Source: Myxococcota bacterium
GTDB lineage: Bacteria > Myxococcota_A > UBA796 > UBA2385
Assembly: GCA_044344255.1 (NCBI GenBank)
Contig: JBIJDH010000013.1
Span: forward strand, 1-64,000
Direction of reading: 5' to 3'
DNA length: 64,000 nucleotides
Shown here one piece after another: positions 9,197-20,541 of the stretch. The first letter of the stretch is position 1. Every line of letters begins with the position of its first letter. The translations under genes were made by a program, and so were the position numbers. The notes under the pieces are model-generated. The model did no database searches. It saw only the letters and a list, made by a program, of their open reading frames with translations, and was not told the origin of the DNA.

Positions 9197-9574
9197 TCAG
9201 CCGCAGACGGCGACGACGTCGATCTCGACGCGGGCGCCGCGGGGCAAGGCCGCCACCGCGACCGTGGAGCGGGCGGGCTTCCAGTCGCCGAAGGCCGCCG
9301 CATACACCGCGTTGACCGCGGCGAAGTCGGCCATGTCCACGAGGTAGACGGTCACCTTGAGCGCGGCCCCGAGGCTCGAGCCCGCGGCAGCGAGGACGGC
9401 GCGGAGGTTGGTGAAGACCTGCTCCGCCTGCTCGGCGGCGGTCTCCCCCACGAGGCCCGGCTGTGCGGTCGAGAGGGCGATCTGCCCAGAGGTGTAGACG
9501 AGGCCGCCGTGGGCCATCGCCTGCGAGTAGGGGCCGATGGCGGCGGGGGCGGCCTCGGAGTGGATCGCGTTCAT
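9197..9574 (-). CDS. ridA: RidA/YjgF family enamine deaminase
   Basis: APAAIGPYSQA, SGQI, PARSTV.VAALP.GA.VEI. Confidence 0.95.
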   Translation of the reverse strand: MNAIHSEAAPAAIGPYSQAMAHGGLVYTSGQIALSTAQPGLVGETAAEQAEQVFTNLRAVLAAAGSSLGAALKVTVYLVDMADFAAVNAVYAAAFGDWKPARSTVAVAALPRGARVEIDVVAVCG

Positions 9575-10119
9575 GGTGTGTACACGGCGATGTGGGGGAG
9601 GTTGCGGAAGCGCTCCCCGAGGTCGAGGCCGTAGCCCACCACGAACTCGTCGGGGATCGAGAAGCCGACGTAGTCCGCCTGGAGCTGGACCTCCCGGTGG
9701 GCCGGCTTGTCGAGGAGCGAGCAGATCTTGAGGCTGCGGGGGCCGCGCGTCTCGAGCATGCGGATGAGGTAGTCCATCGTCAGGCCGGTATCGACGATGT
9801 CCTCGACGATGAGGCAGTCCTGGCCCTCGATGGGGTGGCTCAGGTCTTCGGTGATCCGCACCACGCCGGTCGAGCGGGTGCCGCCGTGGTAGCTCGACAC
9901 GCCGAGGAACTCGCAGCGGATGTCGCCGCCGATCGCGCGCACGAGATCGGCCATGAACATGAAAGAACCCTTGAGGACGGCGATGCAGGTGATCGGACCG
10001 TCCCCGTACTCGGCGCGGATCTGGGCGCCCAGCTCGCGGATGCGCGCCTGGAGCCGCTCCTCGGAGATGAGGACCCGGAGGTGCTCGGACGAAGCCGCGG
10101 CACGAATTGAAGCTCCCAT
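9571..10119 (-). CDS. hpt: Hypoxanthine phosphoribosyltransferase
   Basis: VLKGSFMF, VEDIVDTGLT PRPP motif, FVVGYGLD; start set at ATG 10119 (RBS GGGAG). Confidence 0.95.
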   Translation of the reverse strand: MGASIRAAASSEHLRVLISEERLQARIRELGAQIRAEYGDGPITCIAVLKGSFMFMADLVRAIGGDIRCEFLGVSSYHGGTRSTGVVRITEDLSHPIEGQDCLIVEDIVDTGLTMDYLIRMLETRGPRSLKICSLLDKPAHREVQLQADYVGFSIPDEFVVGYGLDLGERFRNLPHIAVYTP

Positions 10120-10170
10120 CGACGCTCCCTGGTCAAACCATGGTGTGAACGTCGGCGGGGTATCCCCTTG

Positions 10171-10209
10171 AAAAAATGGGGGTGTTGACAATTGTGTGAA
10201 ACGCCCCCA
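10171..10209 (-). terminator. Intrinsic terminator downstream of fbaB
   Basis: Minus strand TGGGGGCGTT-13 nt-AACACCCCCA followed by TTTTTT. Confidence 0.65.
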
Positions 10210-10246
10210 CGAATCGAGCCCGCCCCCCTGGCCGCCCGCGAGCGGC

Positions 10247-11350
10247 TCAGGCGATGGTGATGCGGGGGTCGAGGTAGACGTCCTGGATGGCGTGGAGCAG
10301 GGCCACCCCTTCGGCGCGAGGCTTCTGGAAGGCCTTCCGCCCGCTGATGAGGCCCATCCCGCCAGCGCGCTTGTTGATCACCGCGGTGCGCACCGCCTGG
10401 GCGACGTCGTCGGAGCCCGACGCCCCGCCCGAGTTGATGAGCCCCGCCCGGCCCATGTAGCAGTTGGCCACCTGATAGCGGGTGAGGTCGATCGGGTGGT
10501 CGCTGCAGAGCTCGGAGTAGATGCGCTTGTCGAACTTGCCGTAGGAGGAGCCGCCCATGTTGAGCGCCGCGTAGCCGCCGTTCTGCTCGGCCTGCTTCTG
10601 CTTGATGATGTCGGCCTGGATGGTGGTCCCGAGGTGGTTGGCCTGGCCGGAGAGGTCAGCCGAGACGGAGTGGTCGACGCCGTCCTTCTTGAAGGCGTTG
10701 TTGCGCAGATAGCACCAGAGGATCGTGGCCATGCCGAGCGAGTGCGCCTCGTGGAAGACTCGGCTCACCTCCTGGATCTGCCGCGTAGACTCGGGGCTGC
10801 CGAAGTAGACGGTGGCGCCGACCGCCACGCAGCCCATGTCCCAGGCCTGGCGTACGTTCGCGAAGAGCACCTGATCAAACGCGTTGGGGACGGTGAGCAG
10901 CTCGTTGTGGTTGATCTTCAGGATGAGGGGGATCTTGTGGGCGTACTTCCGCGCCACCGAGCCGAGGCAGCCGAGCGTGGTGGCCACGCCGTTGCAGCCG
11001 CCGTCGATCGCGAGCTGCACGATATTCTCGGGGTCAAAGTAGTCGGGGTTCTTCGCGAAGCTGGCCCCCGCCGAGTGCTCAATGCCCTGATCGACCGGCA
11101 GGATCGAGACGTAGCCGGTGCCCCCCATGCGACCGTGGCCGAAGAGGGTCTGCATCGCCTGGAGCGTGCGGATGTTGCGGTCGGTAGGGGCGAAGATGCG
11201 ATCGACGAAGTCCGGCCCCGGGAGGTGGAGGCGCTCCTTGGCGATGGCCGGCTTCGAAAAGTTGAGGAGGGAGTCCGCCTCAGCGCCGAGCAGCGCCTCG
11301 ACGTCGGTGGTTCCGCTCTGCTTGCTGGCCTGGCCCGTGGTGCTTCCCAT
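10247..11350 (-). CDS. fbaB: Class I fructose-bisphosphate aldolase (DhnA type)
   Basis: [44 protein letters not shown]. Confidence 0.95.
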   Translation of the reverse strand: MGSTTGQASKQSGTTDVEALLGAEADSLLNFSKPAIAKERLHLPGPDFVDRIFAPTDRNIRTLQAMQTLFGHGRMGGTGYVSILPVDQGIEHSAGASFAKNPDYFDPENIVQLAIDGGCNGVATTLGCLGSVARKYAHKIPLILKINHNELLTVPNAFDQVLFANVRQAWDMGCVAVGATVYFGSPESTRQIQEVSRVFHEAHSLGMATILWCYLRNNAFKKDGVDHSVSADLSGQANHLGTTIQADIIKQKQAEQNGGYAALNMGGSSYGKFDKRIYSELCSDHPIDLTRYQVANCYMGRAGLINSGGASGSDDVAQAVRTAVINKRAGGMGLISGRKAFQKPRAEGVALLHAIQDVYLDPRITIA

Positions 11351-11400
11351 GTGGTCCTCCTGGTGACCCAAGGCTATCGAGGGCGGCCGAGGCCCACCAC

Positions 11401-11907
11401 TTGCCCGCCGCACGACATCGCCTCGACCTGCTCTTCGTCGCGGCCGCGCCTGATCGATCGGTGGACGCCGCCGCCTTCAACACCCTCGAGGCCGGCTGGC
11501 GGGCCGAGGGCCTGATCGCGACGAGCGGGCCGGGCGCGGGCCCCCAGCGCGACGCCCTCCTCCCCGGGGGCTTCGCGCGGCTCTGGCTCGATCTCGCCCC
11601 CGACGGCGCCCTCTTCGCCAACCAGCTCGGGGGCTTCCGCCCGCGATGCCCCGAGAGCGGCGCCCCGCTCGCGCGGCCCTTCGCCGCGGCGATGGAGGCC
11701 TGGCGCGCGGGAGGCCCCCGCAGCCTCGCCTGCCCCTGCGGGCAGGTGCACGCCCTCGAGGCCCTCCACTTCGAGCCTCCCGCGGCCTTCGCGCGCGGGG
11801 CCGTGATCTTCAGCGACGTGCGCTCCGTGGAGCCCACGCGGCGATGCCTGGAGGCGATGGACACGCTGCTCGGCCCCCACCGCCTGCTGCTGCGCCGACC
11901 GGTGTAG
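11401..11907 (+). CDS. Hypothetical protein with Cys motifs (CPES...CPCG), possibly metal-binding
   Basis: Globular-looking ORF with coding-like codon usage, divergent from fbaB; TTG start uncertain. Confidence 0.6.
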   Translation: MPAARHRLDLLFVAAAPDRSVDAAAFNTLEAGWRAEGLIATSGPGAGPQRDALLPGGFARLWLDLAPDGALFANQLGGFRPRCPESGAPLARPFAAAMEAWRAGGPRSLACPCGQVHALEALHFEPPAAFARGAVIFSDVRSVEPTRRCLEAMDTLLGPHRLLLRRPV

Positions 11908-12032
11908 GCCAAGTGGCCCTACCTGCGCTCTTCGACCCCGACTCCCGGACAACTCGTGGATGATGTCCGGGGCGACGCGCTCCACGCCGGCCGCTTGGCG
12001 GCCACCGGTCTCGGCCGGCTAAACTGCACCGC

Positions 12033-14687
12033 ATGTCTCCGCGCCCCCCTCCTCCCATCGACGCCCAACCGCCGCCGGCCAGGCACCCGGGCCCGGAGCT
12101 CATTGAGCTCGACGCCGGGCTCTACCGCCGTGACGGCCGTACGCTGACCACCGCAGGGGCTGAGGTGACGCTCACCCCCATCGAGGGCCGCCTCCTCGAG
12201 TACCTCTTCGAGAAGGCCGGACAGACCCTCTCCCACGCGCAGCTCCTCCGGGACGTCTGGGGATACGCGCCGGGGGTCCAGAGCCGGGCGCTGTACACGA
12301 CCATCAACCGCCTGCGGATGAAGATCGAGCGGGACCCCTCCCACCCCCGCCACGTGCTGGCGGTGGCCTCGACCGGCTACCGTTTTGAGCGCGAGGCGCC
12401 GCCACCCGCGGCGCCCGTGGACGCGTTGATCGGGCGACGGGAGGAGCTCGACCAGCTCGACCAGGCGGTCCTGCGCTCCCGCATCGTGACGGTGCTGGCG
12501 CCCGGGGGCATGGGCAAGACCCGGCTGGTTCGAGAGTGGATGCTTCGTTTCAGCGGAGCGTCGGTGTTCTGCGATCTCTCCGCCGCGATCCCCGCGGACG
12601 CGGCCACCCGGGTCGCCCGGGCCCTCGGGGTGCCGCCCGGCGCCGCCGACCCCGTCGCCCAGATCGGCCCCCTGCTGAAGAGCCGCGGCGCGCTCGTGCT
12701 CGTGCTCGACAACGCGGAGACGGTGACGGCCGCGCTGGCGCCCCTCGTCGGCGGCTGGCTCGGGACGGCCCCGGAGGCCCGTGTTCTCCTCACCACGCGA
12801 GAGGCCCTCAAGATCCGGGGAGAACAACGGTTCCCCTTGGGCCCGCTCGCATCAGAGGGGGGCCACTCCGATGGGGTGTCGCTCTTCCTGGCCCGACTCT
12901 CCGAGGCGGCGCCCGACCTCGACGTGGGGGAAGCCGATCGCGCCGTCATCGCCGCGATCGTCGGCGCGGTCGAGGGCATCCCCCTGGCCATCGAGCTCGC
13001 GGCGCGGCGCGGCCCGGTGATGTCCCTCGCCTCCATTCAAGAACAGCTCGGCCAGCGGCTGCGCCTCCTCAGCGCCCCGGGTGTGGAGGGTCGCCATCGC
13101 TCGATGCGGAGCTGTATCGACGCATCCTATGAGATCCTCTCGCCCTGGGAGCAGGCGGCCTTCTCCCAGCTCTCCGTCTTCGTGGGGGGCTTCGGCCTGG
13201 AGTCCGCCGAGGCCGTGCTCGACCTCTCTGCCTTCCCCGAGGCGCCCTGGGCCCTCGATCTGGTCCAGTCGCTGTTGGAGCGGAGCCTGATCCAGGCCTC
13301 CATGAGCGACGGGACCCGCATGTTCCGCCTCCTCGACACGCTGCGCGACTACGCGGCCGAGCGGCTCCGGGCCGTGCCAGGGGCCTGGGAACGAGCCGAG
13401 CTCCGCCACGGACGTCGGTATGGCGCGCTCGGTGAGCAAGAGGCGTTGGACGCGCTCCGGCGGGCAGGCGGCCTGGAGCGGCGGGCGCTGCTCGCCCGGG
13501 AGCGAGACGAGCTGGTCGCGGCCTGTCGCCGGGCCCTCGGGCGCGGGGACGGAGTGACCGCCGCGACCGCCGCCCTGGCGGTGAGCCTGATCTTCCATAC
13601 GGCCGGTCCGGCGGCAGAGGGCGCCGCGCTCCTGGAGGCGGTGGCGCGGATCCCCGAGCTGCCGGGGCCCCTCCGCGCACGGATCGGCCTGAACCTCGGC
13701 CTCCTCTTACGCTCCTCCGGGCGGCCCGTGGAGGCGAAGGCGGCCGCGGAGGCTGCGCTCGCCATCGCGACCGAGGTGGGGGCGAAGCTCGTGGAGGGCC
13801 GCGCGCTCGGCGCGGTGGGCCTCCGCCTGAGAGACGACAACGACCTCCCTGGCGCGGAGCGAATGCTCCGCCAGTCCATTGAGTGCTGTCGTGTCGCAGG
13901 AGACGAGATCGGCGAAAGCATCGCGCTTTGTTCGCTCTCCACGGTGCTGATACGCGTGGGGCGGGTCCGAGAGGCGCTGTTCCACCACCAGCGCGGGCAT
14001 GAAATGATAGAGGCCCGGGGAGACCCTTTCTCCTTACCGAGCGCGCGGAGCTCTAACGCCCAGCTCCTCTTCGCGGCGGGTGACCTGGAGCCTTCGCTGC
14101 TGGCGTATGAGCGCGCAGGGGTGGCCGCTCGGTCCATCGGAGACACCCGAAACATCGCATTTATCGGCACTGCGAGAGGCGACGTGCTCATCGCGGCGGG
14201 GAGGCTGGACGAGGCCGAGGCATCCATGCTGGAGGCGCTGGACGCCTTTGAGAAGAACGGCGATACCTGGGCCTCCGCAGACGCCTGGGTTGGCCTCGCG
14301 GAGCTCCTTTGCCTGCAAGGACGGCTCGCCGCCGCCGAGGAACGGGCCCTCACGGCCGTCAGGCTCACGGCGGGGAGGGGCGCACAACGGGAGTACGATG
14401 CCCGCTTCGTCCTCTTTCTGGTCCTCCTCCATACGAACCGATTGAAGGAGGCCGAGGAGCTGCTCGACCAGGCGACGGCAAACGCCACCCCCGCTCAGCA
14501 GAACCCCTTCTTCGGTCGCCTCGTCGGCCGGGCTCTCCTCGCCTTCGGCCGAGGAGATCGGGTCAGCGCCGCCGACTGGGTGGCGCAGGCCCGAGCCACG
14601 ATCGCCGACGCGGAATTCTTCCCCGTCGGCACCGCTGGCCGGGCGCTCCGCGCCCTGGAGGCCAGACTCGCCGCTGAGCCTCAGTAG
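12033..14687 (+). CDS. STAND-type regulator: OmpR/PhoB winged helix + NB-ARC-like ATPase + TPR
   Basis: LTPIEGRLL..VWGY..RLRMKIE.DPS.P..GYRF; Walker A APGGMGKT; Walker B LVLDNAE; GIPLAIELAA; C-terminal TPRs. Confidence 0.9.
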   Translation: MSPRPPPPIDAQPPPARHPGPELIELDAGLYRRDGRTLTTAGAEVTLTPIEGRLLEYLFEKAGQTLSHAQLLRDVWGYAPGVQSRALYTTINRLRMKIERDPSHPRHVLAVASTGYRFEREAPPPAAPVDALIGRREELDQLDQAVLRSRIVTVLAPGGMGKTRLVREWMLRFSGASVFCDLSAAIPADAATRVARALGVPPGAADPVAQIGPLLKSRGALVLVLDNAETVTAALAPLVGGWLGTAPEARVLLTTREALKIRGEQRFPLGPLASEGGHSDGVSLFLARLSEAAPDLDVGEADRAVIAAIVGAVEGIPLAIELAARRGPVMSLASIQEQLGQRLRLLSAPGVEGRHRSMRSCIDASYEILSPWEQAAFSQLSVFVGGFGLESAEAVLDLSAFPEAPWALDLVQSLLERSLIQASMSDGTRMFRLLDTLRDYAAERLRAVPGAWERAELRHGRRYGALGEQEALDALRRAGGLERRALLARERDELVAACRRALGRGDGVTAATAALAVSLIFHTAGPAAEGAALLEAVARIPELPGPLRARIGLNLGLLLRSSGRPVEAKAAAEAALAIATEVGAKLVEGRALGAVGLRLRDDNDLPGAERMLRQSIECCRVAGDEIGESIALCSLSTVLIRVGRVREALFHHQRGHEMIEARGDPFSLPSARSSNAQLLFAAGDLEPSLLAYERAGVAARSIGDTRNIAFIGTARGDVLIAAGRLDEAEASMLEALDAFEKNGDTWASADAWVGLAELLCLQGRLAAAEERALTAVRLTAGRGAQREYDARFVLFLVLLHTNRLKEAEELLDQATANATPAQQNPFFGRLVGRALLAFGRGDRVSAADWVAQARATIADAEFFPVGTAGRALRALEARLAAEPQ

Positions 14688-16084
14688 GCGGTGCCGCTCG
14701 ACGTCGTTAGAAACTGCCCGGTGCCCCCAAGCACCGAGGAATAGTCACCATACGCGATGTTGTATTTACCGCCGGCCAGGGAGCTGTTCGCCCCAAAGGC
14801 ATTATTTGCCCAGCCCCCGGATATCGACGAGTAGTCCCCCTGCGTCAACTGTTCATTTCCACCGCTCACAGAAGAATAGTCACCCTCGGCAAGACTGTTC
14901 GACCCGCCAGAGACGACGCTGCCCACGCCGATCGCGTCGTTGGAGCTCCCACCGGTGACCGAGGTGGAGTTCCCACTTGCGACGCCGTCCATACCTCCGG
15001 AGACCGAGCTGTAGGCGCCGGAGGCGAGGTTGGCCTTCCCTCCAGAGACCACGCTTACCATGCCCGATGCGGCCCCCTGGTATCCACCGGATACAACCGC
15101 GGCGTCGCCGCTTGCGGTGTTCCCGTAGCCGCCCGTCACCGAGGAAAACTGGCCGCTCGCTGTGTTCGACACCCCACCCGAGATCGCGGCATACTCGCCG
15201 GTCGCGACGTTTCCATTACCGCCCGTGATGGACGCGAACTGACCACTCAGGGTGTTGCTGAAGCCGGCGACGATGCCGCCGTAGCTGAGATACTCATTGT
15301 ACGAGCCCACCACAAGGTTGTGGGAACCCGACCGGATCTGGCCATCGTTTTCATTGTATCCCACGATCAGGTTTCCGAGACCATTGACCGCCCCATTCGT
15401 GGTGCCGGCGCCGCTCTGAATGAGCACGTTGACCCCGCTGAAGACGAGGTCGTCTCCGCCGAAGCTGTTGGCGGTGATGGTGAGGTCGTCCTGGAGGGCG
15501 GTGAGGAAGTCGAGGTCTCCCGAGGTGAGAGAGGTCAGGGCCAGATCGTCGAGCGAGGTCTGGAGGGAGGTGATGCTCGTCGATTGACCGGCGACGGTGG
15601 TCCCGAGGGTGGACAGGCCCGTCGTGTTGGTCGCGATGTTCGCCTCCGCGGCCGTGAGCGCGGCCTCGGCGTCGGCGAGCGCGGCCTCGGCGGTCGCGAG
15701 CTCATCCTCCAGACTATCGACACGGTCCGCCGCGTCGTCCTGGAGGTCCTCGAAGTCGTCCTGGTCCATCTCCATGTCGGAGATCTGGGTCTGCAGCAGC
15801 GCGATGGTGGTGGTCTGCTGGGTGAGGTTCTCGTCCTGAGCGGCCACCGTGGTGGTGAGCTGGGCGATGGTCGCAGACTGGGCCTCGACCGTGCTCATGA
15901 GGACGGCGAGGCTGCTCTCGGCGGTGATCAGGCGGGCGTCCAGCGAGGCCAGCGTCGCGGCCGCGCTCGCCACCTTCTCACCGTCTGGGAGAGCATCCGA
16001 GCCGTCGTCGGATCCGCCGGTGGCGCAGCCGGCGAGGAGGGCGAGGGCGGGGAGCATGCGGGGTAGGAGGAGGCGAAAGGACAT
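14681..16084 (-). CDS. Lipoprotein fibre: coiled-coil stalk plus Gly-rich 15-residue repeat head (YadA-head/beta-roll-like)
   Basis: LAGC lipobox; heptad-rich stalk; about 12 repeats of S-x-V-S-G-G-x-x-N-x-A-S-G-x-x. Confidence 0.8.
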   Translation of the reverse strand: MSFRLLLPRMLPALALLAGCATGGSDDGSDALPDGEKVASAAATLASLDARLITAESSLAVLMSTVEAQSATIAQLTTTVAAQDENLTQQTTTIALLQTQISDMEMDQDDFEDLQDDAADRVDSLEDELATAEAALADAEAALTAAEANIATNTTGLSTLGTTVAGQSTSITSLQTSLDDLALTSLTSGDLDFLTALQDDLTITANSFGGDDLVFSGVNVLIQSGAGTTNGAVNGLGNLIVGYNENDGQIRSGSHNLVVGSYNEYLSYGGIVAGFSNTLSGQFASITGGNGNVATGEYAAISGGVSNTASGQFSSVTGGYGNTASGDAAVVSGGYQGAASGMVSVVSGGKANLASGAYSSVSGGMDGVASGNSTSVTGGSSNDAIGVGSVVSGGSNSLAEGDYSSVSGGNEQLTQGDYSSISGGWANNAFGANSSLAGGKYNIAYGDYSSVLGGTGQFLTTSSGTAY

Positions 16085-16273
16085 GATGTCTCCAGGGACA
16101 CGCCGACCCTCCCGCCGGGATGGCGAGCTTCTATTCGGCGTTATCTGCACCTCGCCAAGCTACCTTGGCGCTCCTGGCGCCGCGTACACAGAATGTTCAC
16201 AACGGGGTCGTGAGGCAGGGCCGCGAGGCGGAGCCGCGAGCGGGGAGGCGCCGCACCGGGCTACCCTGGGACC

Positions 16274-17242
16274 ATGCTCGTCTGCTCGCTCATCTTCGTG
16301 CTCCTCCCGCGGGTGCTGGCGGCGGAGGCCCCGCCGCCGATCGTCCAGGGCACACCCACCGCCGACTTCCCGGCGGTGGTCACGCTCATGGCCGTAGACG
16401 AAGCCGGGGAGGGCCAGAACTTCTGCTCCGGCACGCTGGTGACGCCCGGCTGGGTGCTCACCGCCGCCCACTGCCTGCTGGAGATGGACACCTTCCGCAG
16501 GACCCGCACCCCGCGCCTCGTGGTCGTCATGGGCGACGATCTCGGCCGTGCCGGGGGTGTCACCGCGGTCGTGGACACGCTCGACTCCTTCATCCCCGGC
16601 GACTTCGACGAGACCACCTTTCACGATGACATCGGGCTCATCGAGCTCGCGCTGCCGCAGACCGCCGTCGCTCCCCAGGCGGTCACCATCACGCCCCCCA
16701 CAGACTGCGAGATCGGCCACGACCTCCGATACGTCGGCTGGGGCTCTATCGGTGACGCGGAGAACGACACGACCATGAAACGAACGGCCGACATCCCCCT
16801 GTTCGACTTCGACAGGGAGTTTCTCTATGGCTACGACCCCGAGGATGACGAGAACAACTGCGGTGGGGACTCCGGCGGCGCCGTGCTTCGGCGCGTTGGC
16901 GACAATTACGAGCTCGTGGGCGTGAGCTCCTATGTCTCAGACGACGATGGCACCCCCTGCGAGGGCGGCTACACCGCGGCCACCCGAGTCGATCGACAGG
17001 CCGAGTGGATCGGCGAATATCTCGACGAGGACGAGCTCCAGAGGCTGAATTCGAGCGACACGGCGCGCGCGGCCTGCCCGGCCGAGGCCCCCGCCGGGCG
17101 CGGGTCCTGCCAGACGGGTGGGGCGCAGAGCGTGGGCCTCCGGCTGACCGGCCTCACCCTCGGCCTCCTCTGGGGTCGGGTCCGCTCTACGGTGCGCGGA
17201 CCAAGCCGGAGGGGTCCCCGCCACGCCGCCGGCAGGCGATGA
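16274..17242 (+). CDS. Secreted S1 (trypsin-fold) serine protease with MYXO-CTERM-like tail
   Basis: IVQG, CSGTL, LTAAHC, DIGL, GDSGG catalytic triad motifs; C-terminal GSC...hydrophobic...Arg-rich. Confidence 0.9.
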   Translation: MLVCSLIFVLLPRVLAAEAPPPIVQGTPTADFPAVVTLMAVDEAGEGQNFCSGTLVTPGWVLTAAHCLLEMDTFRRTRTPRLVVVMGDDLGRAGGVTAVVDTLDSFIPGDFDETTFHDDIGLIELALPQTAVAPQAVTITPPTDCEIGHDLRYVGWGSIGDAENDTTMKRTADIPLFDFDREFLYGYDPEDDENNCGGDSGGAVLRRVGDNYELVGVSSYVSDDDGTPCEGGYTAATRVDRQAEWIGEYLDEDELQRLNSSDTARAACPAEAPAGRGSCQTGGAQSVGLRLTGLTLGLLWGRVRSTVRGPSRRGPRHAAGRR

Positions 17243-17306
17243 TCGAGCTCCCCGGCCCCCACCGCTTGCTACAGCGCCGGCCGATGGAGGCCAAGGCCAG
17301 GAGGCC

Positions 17307-19375
<2,069 letters not shown>

Positions 19376-19410
19376 GTCCCGTCGGCTCTCCCTCTCGTCT
19401 TTGGGCTGGC

Positions 19411-20529
19411 TCAGCGGGGCGAGGCCCCCGAGAGCGAGACGAGGGTGGGCTTGAGCAGGGTCGCCATCTGCTGGTGCCCCTCGCGGGTGAGGTGCATCTG
19501 ATCCTGGAACAGCGTGTTCCCGGGGGCGTTCATCCCGGGGTATCGCGGTAGGTCGGCCTCGGCGTCCACGAGCAGCGCGCCCTCCTCGGCGGCCACCCGA
19601 CGTACGGTCTCGGTGAATTCGCTCGGCGCGCGGACCGGCGTAGGGTCTGCCCGCCGCGCCCGCTCGAGCAGGGCGGCGGCGCCCTCGGGATCGGCGCCCC
19701 CGCGCATCCGAGCGGTGCCCGCCTCAAAGAGGTCCGCCGCGCAGTCCCCCTCGGCCGGGCAGCCGGGGGTGGGCGCGAGGAACAGGTTGCTGACCGGCGT
19801 GACCATCACGAGGGGGACACCGGCGCGGCGGGCGTGAAAGGCGATCCGCCGGAGGTTCGTCTCGAAGTGTCGTCGGCTGATCTCCCGCCGCTCCTCGGAA
19901 AGTCCGGGATCGAGCTCGAGGCTCGGCCGTCGACCGCTCTGTCCACCCGCACCCCGCAGTCTCGCAGGGTCGATCATCCGGCGGAGCTGGCAGTACACTT
20001 GGCTCTGCTCGAGCAGGGCGAGGGCCCGGACCTCGGAGCTCCGATGTACGGACGCGTATCGCTCCATGAACCAGGTGTTCCCGAGATCGTTGTGGCCCGC
20101 GTAGAGGACGAGGCCGGTCAGATCCCACTCGAGGATCTCCGCGGCGATGTCGGTGATCTGATGGGAGTCGAGGCCCGGCGCGCCGAGGTTGAGGACCTCG
20201 AAGCCCGTCGAGGCCGCCAGCAGGTCGGGGAACTCCCCGCCGCCGCGGAGGCCCGCGGTGCCCTCGTGTACGCTGCTCTCGCCCAGGACGGCGAAGCGGG
20301 GAGCCGCGGCGAGGCGCGAGAAGGGCGGCTGGGCCGGCCGACGCTGATAGGGGAGGGTGCCTCGACCGTCGGCGTCGACCACGACATAACCCTGGTCTGC
20401 GGCTGGGATCCGAAACACTCTCACCGGCGGGGGCGGCGGGCCCAGCCCCCAACGGAGGGCCCCTTCGGCCAGGGCACCGAACAGCGCGGCGGTGATCAGG
20501 CCGAGGGCGGCCTTCCGAGCTCGGCTCAC
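19411..20529 (-). CDS. Membrane-anchored SGNH/GDSL hydrolase
   Basis: Block I GESS, block III YAGHND, block V DQMH; N-terminal TM. Confidence 0.85.
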   Translation of the reverse strand: MSRARKAALGLITAALFGALAEGALRWGLGPPPPPVRVFRIPAADQGYVVVDADGRGTLPYQRRPAQPPFSRLAAAPRFAVLGESSVHEGTAGLRGGGEFPDLLAASTGFEVLNLGAPGLDSHQITDIAAEILEWDLTGLVLYAGHNDLGNTWFMERYASVHRSSEVRALALLEQSQVYCQLRRMIDPARLRGAGGQSGRRPSLELDPGLSEERREISRRHFETNLRRIAFHARRAGVPLVMVTPVSNLFLAPTPGCPAEGDCAADLFEAGTARMRGGADPEGAAALLERARRADPTPVRAPSEFTETVRRVAAEEGALLVDAEADLPRYPGMNAPGNTLFQDQMHLTREGHQQMATLLKPTLVSLSGASPR

Positions 20530-20541
20530 GCTCCGGCTCCT

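Noticed and set aside
10120..10191. Extended N-terminus of Hpt from a TTG start
   Set aside because: Lies within the fbaB terminator hairpin; ATG 10119 has an RBS and gives a normal length
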